Source of the DNA: Macrostomum hystrix
Taxonomy: Eukaryota > Animalia > Platyhelminthes
DNA length: 64,000 nt
Direction: 5' to 3'
Assembly: GCA_950097015.1 (NCBI GenBank)
Contig: CATNEN010000038.1
Span: forward strand, 24,056,001 to 24,120,000
Positions 49,373 to 62,299 of this stretch are shown here, piece by piece; the stretch's first letter is position 1, and every line of letters starts with the position of its first letter. A program made the translations under genes and the position numbers. The notes beneath the pieces are model-generated. The model was not told the DNA's origin and made no database searches. It was given only the letters and a program-made list of their open reading frames with translations.

Positions 49373-52300
49373 CTAGTTAGTGACCGTGATTAGACTCTCA
49401 GGCCTGTTGTACTGTCTACTAGATCGATTGGTTGCTTCTCTTGCAGTCATGGGGCTTGTAGCGGAGCTCTCCACACCGTTCACTGCTGCTTTTGGTGGAG
49501 TTTAAGAATGGGTGTCGATTGGTGGCATTCGACGTTGCCATTTTTTCGCCTAACAGGTCAAATTTCTTCGTCTAACTGGTGTGTATGCTCCTCTGTCTAA
49601 CAGGTGACGCTTATTCTCTATCTTACACGTAAATGCTCCTCTAACAGGTCACATTCATCTGTCTAACAGGTGATGCTTCTCTGTCTAACAGGTGATGCTT
49701 CTCTGTCTAACAGGTGATGCTTCTCTGTCTAACAGGTGATGCTTCTCTGTCTAACATGCTTCTCTGTCTAACTAGGTGATGCTTCTCTGTCTAACATGCT
49801 TCTCTGTCTAACATGCTTCTCTGTCTAAGAAGTCACATTTTTTCTGTTTAGCGTGTTGCTTAACCTAAGACAAGCCTAATTTGTCTCAAGTTTTATGCTT
49901 CTTAATATCTTGAAGTCAATATCTTAGTTTAACGATTATCTAACAGGTGATCGTTACTCACCATTGAAGCTGGATGGGTGAGACACAACTCTTGGCTCTC
50001 CGGCGCTGTGCGATTCGTTGTGATTCTCCTCTGAAATTTAAAATTTAGTTCTTTATCAATAAGAATCTATTTATTATAGATGATAACAATGCATTGAAAT
50101 TAGTAATACTTCACCAATTAGTTCAATTAGTAAAGTAAAACTAAAAAAAGTTTTTTAAACATTTTAATAATCGTTAGTTTGATTTTTAATGATTTATAAT
50201 GAAAAAGTTATCAAATAAAAATGTTTTTAAAAAGAGGAACTATCAGAATCTTTATCATGATCAATTAATTATATAAAAAATTCAAGTACACAAGGTTAAT
50301 GCAAAAGCAGTTTTAATTTTTTCAGCTTAAAAAACATGATTATCATGCATTATGCACACTTTCCCGTTCAAGCTCTTTCTGCTCACTGAGTCACATTGCA
50401 CGCCATGGTGCAATCGCTTCGGTTCGGAAGAAGACTGGCAGAAGATCGCTCAAATGCTCCTACTATAAGTAGAGCACAGTCCGACGAAAACACCGAATGG
50501 TGTTAGCATTGTGGCAGCACCCTTTCTCTACTTAGATGGCATTGCTAGGACTATTCTTTCTTCATGCGTTTACCACTGAGTTTCCGACTTCATTTGTGTC
50601 TAGTCCAAAGACGAAAACATGCGATTTTAAGTTAAGTATAAGATTCCTTAGAACTTAGAAGAATCCCGATTCCCCAGTTAGAGAAGACTTGCCAATCCTA
50701 GCCTGACTACCAGGTTGTGTCCACTGCGAAGACGCAACAGTGTTGAGGCCGGTAAAATCCTCTCTGAGTCTAGCGTCCCTTGTCTTGGTTATTTCACCAA
50801 TTGTGTGTGCCACGGTACCACAGGTACAACACTTATATACACATGACTTTGCTTCTATGCTGGCAATAAAGGGAATTCCCCTTATTTATGTTTGCTAAAA
50901 AAGTGCCACCTTGACACACTAACCAATAAAATTCAACGAGCTAAATAATTGATACGCAAGATTTTATTTATATCCCATGCATCCTACTTTCAGCTTTGCT
51001 AAGTAGTGCATTTAGGCCAACTGTAAATTAAAAAAAAACATTTTTTGAACTTTTACTGCGAAATTTCTAAAAATCAATTGAATACTCGTTTTTTCCCATT
51101 TCTGACTCGCAACGCAATCAATTCTGCCACCTAAATGTAACTCTAGGAAAGAAAAAATAAAGGAAGAAAGCTTTTGTAACGATTTGCGGTAACTTGCAAA
51201 CCAACAGCTCAGGAAAAAAAGAAAAGTACTGAAAAGTATAGGTTAAATTGGAAAAAATCGAAATAAAAAAGCAACTCATGGGAAACAGGGAGAGAGACAT
51301 AGTTAAACTGCTGCTTTTGATGAATTTGCTAAATCACCGAATCGGGAAGGGAATAACTTATTAACGGATTAACGAATTATCGTGTCTGTGTACCAGAAGT
51401 GTCGTTAATTGGACACAGTGTTATTGGCTGCTCCAATGTAGCCAGAACTGTCTCAGCCTCGACCTGGATAACGGCGGCCCGGCGGGCTCCAAGATGCATT
51501 GTGGCCGTCTCACCGGCGCTGTTCAACAGCATCTGGAGCTGATCGTCTCGCAGACCTTGCGGAGTTGCGCAATCGTTTAAAAAGCGAACAATTTTGTTTA
51601 GGAAAAAGGCTGTCCCTGGAGTCTAACAGGTTTTCTTTTCGTGTCTAACAGGTTTTATATCGTTTCTAACAGGTTTTTCTATCGTGTCTAACAGGGTTTT
51701 TCTATCGTGTATAACAGGTTTTTCTATCGTGTCTAACAGGTTTTTCTATCGTGTCTAACAGGTTTTTCTATCGTGTCTAACAGGTTTTTCTATCGTGTCT
51801 AACAGGGTTTTTCTATCGTGTCTAACAGGTTTTTCTATCGTGTCTAACAGGTTTTTCTATCGTGTCTAACAGGGTTTTTCTATCGTGTCTAACAGGTTTT
51901 TCTATCGTGTCTAACAGGTTTTTCTATCGTGTCTAACAGGTTTCCAATCGTGTCTAACAGGTTTTTCTATCGTGTCTAACAGGTTTTTCTATCGTGTCTA
52001 ACAGGTTTCCAATCGTGTCTAACAGGTTTCCAATCGTGTCTAACAGGTTTCCAATCGTGTCTAACAGGTTTTTCTATCGTGTCTAACAGGTTTTTCTATC
52101 GTGTCTAACAGGTTTTTCTATCGTGTCTAACAGGTTTCCAATCGTGTCTAACAGGTTTCCAATCGTGTCTAACAGGTTTCCAATCGTGTCTAACAGGTTT
52201 CCAATCGTGTCTAACAGGTTTCCAATCGTGTCTAACAGGTTTTTCTATCGTGTCTAACAGGTTTTTCTATCGTGTCTAACAGGTTTCCAATCGTGTCTAA

Positions 52301-55300
52301 CAGGTTTCCAATCGTGTCTAACAGGTTTTTTCTATCGTGTCTAACAGGTTTTCTATCGTGTCTAACAGGTTTCCAATCGTGTCTAACAGGTTTTTCTATC
52401 GTGTCTAACAGGTTTTCTATCGTGTCTAACAGGTTTTTCTATCGTGTCTAACAGGTTTTCTATCGAGTCTAACAGGTTTCCAATCGTGTCTAACAGGTTT
52501 TTCTATCGTGTCTAACAGGTTTTCTATCGTGTCTAACAGGTTTCCAATCGTGTCTAACAGGTTTTTCTATCGTGTCTAACAGGTTTCCAATCGTGTCTAA
52601 CAGGTTTTTCTATCGTGTCTAACAGTTTTTTTCAATCGCATTTTACAGTTTTTACAATTGTGTCTAACACTTTTCGCTCTCGTGTGTAACTGTTTTTCTA
52701 TCGTGTCTAAAATTTTTGCCGAAAGTGTCTACTAAATTCACAAATGACTTCGAGATCCCGCGTCTAACAGGTCGAGATCTCGTGTCTAATAGGTTGATTA
52801 TTTCATGTGTATCAAGTCGGTCATTCAACATCTTATTGTTCCGTGTCTAGAATGTAGCATCTTGGTACAAATGGTCGATTTGCATATCTAAGTCCGTTCG
52901 CTACATTTTAGAAAAAAAATTAGCAAGTGCAATAGTAAAACAGGCCAATCATCAACCGAACAGCGATTTCGGCAGATTGGATCCATGCAGTGAACCTAAG
53001 AAGGGCCGTTTTATGCTTGTCTTTATTCACGGATTGCGGAGGGCATCAAAGATTAAAAGCCACCTTAATAGCGATTCGGCATCGTTAAAAAATGAATGTA
53101 GAAAAAAAATTGTTCAAGCATTGACCCGCAATGCCTTGCAAAAATCCAACGAAATATTTATAGGAAAATGGTTTAATTCTAGCCGAGATTCATACCGATA
53201 TATCGTATGGCTAAGCCTTACCTTAGCTCGCCCAGATGTCTTCAAGGATAAATAGCTTAATCAGTTTTTTTCTCGTCTTTTCTATCTCTCTCCAAGTTTG
53301 CCAACCTGGAAGACAGGTCTTTTTCGTGTCTAAATACACCTGCGGAAATGCACCCAGAGGCTTTGTGCACTTTTTCTCGCTGTCCAATTAATAACCGGCC
53401 ACAGCTTGTCGCTATGTGTGCTTTTTTTAACAAAAATAGAAAGCTTTTATCATCTTTGCCTCACTGCACTCATTTGGGTCTTTGGCTGACTTTCTTATAG
53501 TGAAGAAAAAGGTAAGCACTTTAGCACCTGGGGCTTATCTACTGAGCTTGTCGTGTTTTCTGTCAATATCGTGATAAAATGTCAAGCAAGAACACCCAGA
53601 TAGCAGTTCTCACCAAGTCGATTAAACTTGGACTCGATCACGGAGCCACTGACACCGCCTCCGCCTAAAATTTTGTCAACTTGAGATCGTCTCCCACCGC
53701 TGGCTCCTCCGCCGACGTGTCCGGACGAACCGCCAGGTCCGACGCCGCCTGTCTTCGGCCCGCTGCCCGGAGGTCCCATCGCCGTCGGCGGTGGCTTCGG
53801 CCTGACAGATTCCACTGGCAGAACCCGTCGACGCTTCTTTGGCAGCTTGCTGCGAGCTTGTGTGTGCGAATAGAACATTGAAAAGTTGGACACGATGACG
53901 GGTACTGGCAGAGCGATTGTCAGAACTCCTGTTAGTGCGCACAGAGCTCCTACAAGCATGCCTGTAACAAAAGAAATGCGGAATTATCTCAAGGTATGAG
54001 ATAATTTGAGCCTTTAAAATGATTTTTTAAGACTCCGGTCTCTTCTAAACAGCCAGTTGATGTTTTTGGTGGTTTTAATTTTCTTGGCCTATGTTAATGT
54101 ACTCGTAGATGTTGATTCTGCACTTTTATAAAAGCGTCTCTGGAAATTTTACCTACGAGGCTTCTTTAATTTTACGTTTTTAGACGTGAAAAGAAGCACC
54201 TGAATGTTTCCTGAGTCTAAAATACGTTCCTCAAAACTAAACGACGTTTCTGAAAGCTCAAAGACGTTTCTGAAAGCTCAAATATGTTTCATTAAGCTCA
54301 AAGACGTTTCTGAAAGCTCGAAGACGTTTCTGAAAGCTCAAAGACGTTTCTGCAAGCTCGAAGACGTTTCTCAAAGCTCAAAGACGTTTCTGAAAGCTCA
54401 AAGACGCTTCTGAAAGCTCAAAGACGTTTCTCAAAGCTCAAAGACGTATCTGAAAGCTCAAATATGTTTCATAAAGCTCAAAGACGCTTCTGAAAGCTCA
54501 AAGACGCTTCTGAAAGCTCAAAGACGTTTCTGAAAGCTCAAAGACGTTTCTCAAAGCTCAAAGACGTTTCTGAAAGCTCAAAGACGTTTCTCAAAGCTCA
54601 AAGACGCTTCTGAAAGCTCAAAGACGCTTCTGAAAGCTCAAAGACGTATCTGAAAGCTCAAATATGTTTCATACAGTTCAAAGACGTTTCAAAAAGCTGA
54701 AAGACGTTTCTTAAAGCTCAAAGACGCTTCTGAAAGCTCAAAGACGCTTCTGAAAGCTCAAAGACGTATCTGAAAGCTCAAAGACGTATCTGAAAGCTCA
54801 AATATGTTTCATACAGTTCAAAGACGTTTTAAAAAGCTGAAAGACGTTTCTGAAAGCTCAAAGTCGTTTCTAAAAGCTCAAAGACGTTCTCAAAGTTCAA
54901 AGACGTTTCTCGAAGCTCAAAGACGTTTCTTAAAACTCAGAAATGCTTCTTGGATCTCAGAAACGCTTTTCAAGTCTTAAAGACGTTTCTGAAGTTTAAA
55001 GACGTGTCTGAAAGCCTAAAGACATTTCTCAAAGCTCAATGGTGTTTCTTACAATTCAGAAACATTTTTCAAAGCTGAAATACGTTTCTGAATGCTCAAC
55101 GACGTTTCTGAAAGCTCAAAGACGTTTCTTAAAGCTCAAAGGCGTTTCTGAAAGCTCAAAGACGTTTCTCTATAGAAGGGTTCTGATATATCATTTTTTC
55201 AAGACTCCGAATGTCTAGAAAGTTTGTCATTTTCAATAAGCGAAAGAAATTTCATTTTCGGAGAAAAATCATTGTTCTTTTTAACAATGACAGTTTAATT

Positions 55301-58300
55301 GATTTAGGAACAGTCAGCAAAGCTGATGATTGCAATGATAAAAGTACACATGTACCTCCGTTCCAATCATTTTTTCGTTAAAATTTCCAACCAGAAGGGT
55401 TTTGTTTAAACACGGTCAACAACTCGGGGAAATTAAAGTTTGAAAAGACCCCAAGGTCGACGCAGGGACGAATTACATGTACATACATTAATATTTATTG
55501 GAGATTGGTCAGGTGCTAAGTAGTCCCGATATAACAAATCTAAAATTGGAAAAAGACCAGAGCACACTCTTGACCAATGAAATTTAGAATTCTAGTTACT
55601 ATCGTAATTTTTGTTTGATTAATTATCAATCCTTAGATTAACGTAGAAACGAAATTGACAATTGGATAGCACCAAGTGTAACTTAACGTCCGCGATTGCA
55701 TACTTGGCTTTGTGGCATTTTTTTTGCTTGGATTATAAAAACTCTCATTATACTATTTAAGCTCTCTCTTATCCAAGTTATTTCCTTCAGAGTTCTTTCA
55801 TTTAGTACTTTGGTGTTATCCGTGATGGGATTTCTCACACTTACATAGATACAGATCCCAATTCCTACTACGCCCTCTGGCTATTTCCAGAGTCCAGATC
55901 AGCCATTCATTACCGGTAGGCGCTCCGGCATCAGTCAAAAGATATTCATTTTGCTTCCATTTGACCTTGCCTCAGGCGCAGTGCCACCATATATATATAT
56001 ATGTACGAGCTATATATATAGCCCAGTGTCATTTTCTTGTTACTTTAGTTAGCTCTGTAATGGATAGAGCGAATGTGTATTGAAAGGGCCGCCGCGATGC
56101 CATGTAGAGCCTGTTCATTAACTTTCTTGTATATGACTTCTATATGGGAATCTGACTTCTTGCTTCAGTTGATTCACTTCCTTGATCTATCATCTTCTGT
56201 CTATTAATGCGCTATGATATTAATAGCCAACCTATATATTATACTTTACTTGTGGACTCTGCTCCTATCTCATCACGTTTTTGTACTCTCCACTCTACAA
56301 TCTCCTCTCACCACTCTCTACTCTCTCCCCTCTATTCTCTCCCTTCTCTCCTCTCTTCCCCTCTCCTATCCTTTCTCCTCTCTATCCTCTACTTTTTATG
56401 CTCTCCTCTCTCCGCTCCCACCTTCTTCCTTCTCCCCTCTCCTCTCCCCCCTACTCTCTCTCTTCTCCCCTTTCCTCTCTCCCATCTCCTCTCATATTCC
56501 AATAATCTATTTCCGTCTTCAGATCCTTATAATCCCATTCCTCATCCCCAACTTACCAGCGTAAGTTTTAGGCGTCATATCGCCGTAGCCAACGGTTGTC
56601 ATGGTAACGATTGCCCACCACAGGCCGATGGGAATCGAGTCGAAAGAATTATCCGGATTATACTGTATTCTCTCGGCATAATAGATCAGTGCTGCAAATA
56701 CCACAATGAACACTATTAGAAAGAATACCAACAATAGCAGTTCTTTTGCCGAGGCTTTGAAAGTGTGGATCAATATTTTCAGTCCGGAAATGTGTCTGGA
56801 ATGTTTTTTATAACAAAAAAATCAATTATTCTTTAATCACGAGCATTCTTATTAGTAGAATTAGATTTCAAACCCAGCATCCTTATCTGTACTATATTCT
56901 ACATTCCGGGTCAGTGGACATTTTTCCGACAGAATAATTTTATCAATGAATTTTAACTAACTCGTAGAGAGTAGAAAGTTTCTGATATTGCTAAGCCCGT
57001 TTTATGTAAGTATTGGTCTGTGTCGCAAGCTTGCCAACTTCTGCTTATACAACATGCAATGGAATCTACCAAAGGGTTATGGAATCTACCAAACAGTTAT
57101 GGAATCTACCAAACGGTTATGGAATCTACCAAACTGTTCTGGAATCTACCAAACGGTTATGGAATCTACCAAACTGTTCTGGAATCTACCAAACGGCTAT
57201 GGAATCTACCAAACTGTTCTGGAATCTACCAAACGGTTATGGACTCTACCAAACTGTTCTGGAATCTACCAAACGGCTATGGAATCTACCAAACGGTTAT
57301 GGAATCTACCAAACGGTTATGGAATCTACCAAACGGTTATGGAATCTACCAAACTGTTCTGGAATCTACCAAACGGTTATGGAATCTACCAAACGGTTAT
57401 GGAATCTACCAAACGGTTATGGAATCTACCAAACGGTTATGGAATCTACCAAACGGTTATGGAATCTACCAAACTGTTCTGGAATCTACCAAACGGTTAT
57501 GGAATCTACCAAACGGTTATTGAATCTACCAAAACCATTATAGAATCTACCGAACTGCTATGGAATCTACCAAACCGTTATGGAATCTAGCAAACTGTTC
57601 TGGAATCTACCAAACTGTTATGGAATCTACCAAAACCATTATAGAATCTACCGAACTGCTATGGAATCTACCAAACAGTTATGGAATCTACCAAACAGTT
57701 ATGGAATCTACCAAACCGTTATGGAATCTACCAAACTGTTATGGAATCTACCAAACGGTTATGGAATCTACCAAACCGTTATGGAATCTACCAAACGGTT
57801 ATGGAATCTACCAAACGGTTATGGAATCTACCAAACGGTTATGGAATCTACCAAACTGTTCTAAAATCTACCAAACGGTTATGGAATCTACCAAACCGTT
57901 ATGGAATCTACCAAACTGTTATGGAATCTACCAAAACCATTATGGAATCTACCAAACTGTTATGGAATCTACCAAACCGTTATGGAATCTACCAAACGGT
58001 TATGGAATCTACCAAACGGTTATGGAATCTACCAAACGGTTATGGAATCTACCAAACTGTTCTGGAATCTACCAAACGGTTATGGAATCTACCAAACCGT
58101 TATGGAATCTACCAAACTGTTATGGAATCTACCAAAACCATTATGGAATCTACCAAACGGTTATGGAATCTACCAAACGGTTATGGAATCTACCAAACTG
58201 TTCTGGAATCTACCAAACGGTTATGGAATCTACCAAACGGTTATGGAATCTACCAAAACCATTATAGAATCTAACGAACTGCTATGGAATCTACCAAACC

Positions 58301-61300
58301 GTTATGGAATCTAGCAAACTGTTCTGGAATCTACCAAACTGTTATGGAATCTACCAAAACCATTATAGAATCTACCGAACTGCTATGGAATCTACCAAAC
58401 AGTTATGGAATCTACCAAACTGTTCTGGAATCTACCAAACGGTTATGGAATCTACCAAACCGTTATGGAATCTACCAAACTGTTATGGAATCTACCAAAA
58501 CCATTATGGAATCTACCAAACCGTTATGGAATCTACCAAACGGTTATGGAATCTACCAAACTGTTCTGGAATCTACCAAACCGTTATGGAATCTAGCAAA
58601 CTGTTCTGGAATCTACCAAACTGTTATGGAATCTACCAAAACCATTATAGAATCTACCGAACTGCTATGGAATCTACCAAACAGTTATGGAATCTACCAA
58701 ACAGTTATGGAATCTACCAAACCGTTATGGAATCTACCAAACTGTTATGGAATCTACCAAACGGTTATGGAATCTACCAAACCGTTATGGAATCTACCAA
58801 ACGGTTATGGAATCTACCAAACGGTTATGGAATCTACCAAACTGTTCTGGAATCTACCAAACGGTTATGGAATCTACCAAACGGTTATTGAATCTACCAA
58901 AACCATTATAGAATCTACCGAACTGCTATGGAATCTACCAAACCGTTATGGAATCTAGCAAACTGTTCTGGAATCTACCAAACTGTTATGGAATCTACCA
59001 AAACCATTATAGAATCTACCGAACTGCTATGGAATCTACCAAACAGTTATGGAATCTACCAAACAGTTATGGAATCTACCAAACCGTTATGGAATCTACC
59101 AAACTGTTATGGAATCTACCAAACGGTTATGGAATCTACCAAACCGTTATGGAATCTACCAAACGGTTATGGAATCTACCAAACGGTTATGGAATCTACC
59201 AAACGGTTATGGAATCTACCAAACTGTTCTAAAATCTACCAAACGGTTATGGAATCTACCAAACCGTTATGGAATCTACCAAACTGTTATGGAATCTACC
59301 AAAACCATTATGGAATCTACCAAACTGTTATGGAATCTACCAAACCGTTATGGAATCTACCAAACGGTTATGGAATCTACCAAACGGTTATGGAATCTAC
59401 CAAACGGTTATGGAATCTACCAAACTGTTCTGGAATCTACCAAACGGTTATGGAATCTACCAAACCGTTATGGAATCTACCAAACTGTTATGGAATCTAC
59501 CAAAACCATTATGGAATCTACCAAACGGTTATGGAATCTACCAAACGGTTATGGAATCTACCAAACTGTTCTGGAATCTACCAAACGGTTATGGAATCTA
59601 CCAAACGGTTATGGAATCTACCAAAACCATTATAGAATCTAACGAACTGCTATGGAATCTACCAAACCGTTATGGAATCTAGCAAACTGTTCTGGAATCT
59701 ACCAAACTGTTATGGAATCTACCAAAACCATTATAGAATCTACCGAACTGCTATGGAATCTACCAAACAGTTATGGAATCTACCAAACAGTTATGGAATC
59801 TACCAAACCGTTATGGAATCTACCAAACTGTTATGGAATCTACCAAACCGTTATGGAATCTACCAAACTGTTATGGAATCTACCAAAACCATTATAGAAT
59901 CTACCGAACTGCTATGGAATCTACCAAACCGTTATGGAATCTACCAAACGGTTATGGAATCTACCAAACGGTTATTGAATCTACCAAAACCATTATAGAA
60001 TCTACCGAACTGCTATGGAATCTACCAAACCGTTATGGAATCTAGCAAACTGTTCTGGAATCTACCAAACTGTTATGGAATCTACCAAAACCATTATAGA
60101 ATCTACCGAACTGCTATGGAATCTACCAAACAGTTATGGAATCTACCAAACAGTTATGGAATCTACCAAACTGTTCTGGAATCTACCAAAACCATTATGG
60201 AATCTACCAAACGGTTATGGAATCTACCAAACGGTTATGGAATCTACCAAACTGTTCTGGAATCTACCAAACGGTTATGGAATCTACCAAACGGTTATGG
60301 AATCTACCAAAACCATTATAGAATCTACCGAACTGCTATGGAATCTACCAAACAGTTATGGAATCTACCAAACAGTTATGGAATCTACCAAACCGTTATG
60401 GAATCTACCAAACTGTTATGGAATCTACCAAACCGTTATGGAATCTACCAAACAGTTATGGAATCTACCAAACAGTTATGGAATCTACCAAACCGTTATG
60501 GAATCTACCAAACTGTTATGGAATCTACCAAACCGTTATGGAATCTACCAAACTGTTATGGAATCTACCAAAACCATTATAGAATCTACCGAACTGCTAT
60601 GGAATCTACCAAACCGTTATGGAATCTACCAAACGGTTATGGAATCTACCAAACGGTTATGGAATCTACCAAAACCATTATAGAATCTACCGAACTGCTA
60701 TGGAATCTACCAAACCGTTATGGAATCTACCAAACGGTTATGGAATCTACCAAACGGTTATTGAATCTACCAAAACCATTATAGAATCTACCGAACTGCT
60801 ATGGAATCTACCAAACCGTTATGGAATCTAGCAAACTGTTCTGGAATCTACCAAACTGTTATAGAATCTACCAAAACCATTATAGAATCTACCGAACTGC
60901 TATGGAATCTACCAAACAGTTATGGAATCTACCAAACAGTTATGGAATCTACCAAACCGTTATGGAATCTACCAAACTGTTCTGGAATCTACCAAACGGT
61001 TATGGAATCTACCAAACCGTTATGGAATCTACCAAACGGTTATGGAATCTACCAAACGGTTATGGAATCTACCAAACGGTTATGGAATCTACCAAACTGT
61101 TCTGGAATCTACCAAACGGTTATGGAATCTACCAAACCGTTATGGAATCTACCAAACCGTTATGGAATCTACCAAACTGTTATGGAATCTACCAAAACCA
61201 TTATAGAATCTACCGAACTGCTATGGAATCTTCCGAACTGTAACGGAATCTTCCGAACCGCTTTGGAATCTACCAAACTGTTATGGAATCTTCCAAAACC

Positions 61301-62280
61301 GTTATCGAATCTACCAAAACTTTATGGAATTCACCAAACTGTAATGGAATCTTCCGAACCGTTATGGAATCTTCCGAACCGTTATGGAATCTTTCAAAAC
61401 CGTTATCGAATCTACCAAAACGTTATGGAATTCACCTAGCTGTAATGGAATCTTCCGAACCGTTATGGAATCTTCCAAACTCTTATGGAATCTTCTAAAC
61501 TGGTATGGAATCTTCCAAACCTATATGGCATCTTCCGAACCATTATGGAACCAAACTCTTATGGAATCTTCCAAAACCATTTTCGAATCTACCAAAACAT
61601 TATGGAATCTACCAAACAGTCCAAGAAGCATTCACTGACCTGGTCAATTTGAAGAGTCGCATAATTCGAATGATGCTAAAGAATTCCAGCACCTCATAGC
61701 TGGCTTCGTCGGCAGTGAGGGCGCTGTTCAAAGCCAAGTCCATGTAGAATGACAAAGTGGCGATAAAGTCGATGATGTTCACAGGCGACTTCAGGAACTC
61801 CAGTTTGCTTGGCGCCACAGCGAACCGCGTCACAATCTCGAAAGTGAACCAGGAGTTGCAGACACACTCAACGAAGAAGAACGCCTGGTGCGGCTCGCTA
61901 CGGTGCTTATAAAATGCGTAGGTCTGGTTGCCAAGCAGGTCTAGAATGACAGTCTCATTGGAAATGATTGGCACCCGTAGGCCGGGGAAAGTTTTCAAAC
62001 AGAATGACAGAATGCTGACCACAATGAAGAATACGGACACGACGGCGACTATTTTCGCAGCGGCCGACGAGTACGGCTCATCGAACAGAGCCCAGAGCTT
62101 CGGCTTGACCCTTTGCCAAGGATTCAGTTCGTTGTTTAGATACCTCTCTTCTAGACCGAACTTTTTGTAGAGCTCCTCTTCGGCCAGCTTGTCCGTGTCA
62201 AGGTCCAGCCGGTCAAGGATTGTTAGCGTCTCCTGGGTCTCACGGTGTGAGGTGTAGGTCATCCAGCAGCAGGGCTCCAC
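49373..62280 (-). CDS. Shaw: Voltage-gated potassium channel, Kv3/Shaw family, 5'-partial; exons 62280-61640, 56795-56557 and 53961-53614, with probable tail exons 51555-51394, 50030-49962 and 49488-49373
   Basis: [19 protein letters not shown]...LDRLDLD (end of the Shaw T1 domain), [12 protein letters not shown]4 [12 protein letters not shown]|HISGLKIL, pore TMTTVGYGD and S6 [11 protein letters not shown]. Junctions are phase-compatible. The three tail exons rest on splice signals and open frame only. Confidence 0.9.
49590..49830. repeat. 22-bp intronic minisatellite (CTGTCTAACAGGTGATGCTTCT)
   Basis: Short tandem array with deleted variants. Confidence 0.85.
51620..52710. repeat. 21-22-bp intronic minisatellite (TCTAACAGGTTTTTCTATCGTG / TCTAACAGGTTTCCAATCGTG)
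   Basis: Two unit types interleaved in tandem. Confidence 0.95.
54240..55168. repeat. 20-bp intronic minisatellite (AAGACGTTTCTGAAAGCTCA)
   Basis: Tandem units that decay toward 55170. Confidence 0.93.
56290..56495. repeat. CT-rich low-complexity tract in a Kv3 intron
   Basis: Almost pure pyrimidine sequence on the + strand. Confidence 0.8.
57058..61617. repeat. 20-bp minisatellite (GGAATCTACCAAACGGTTAT) filling Kv3 intron 56796-61639, with higher-order duplication
   Basis: About 4.5 kb of tandem units; rare variants recur at a 1368-bp offset. Confidence 0.97.
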
Positions 62281-62299
62281 CTGGGGGTTTGAGTTAAGC

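Noticed and set aside
56988-61699. Many MESTK/WNLPN ORFs
   Set aside because: They are translations of a 20-bp array lying antisense inside the Kv3 intron.
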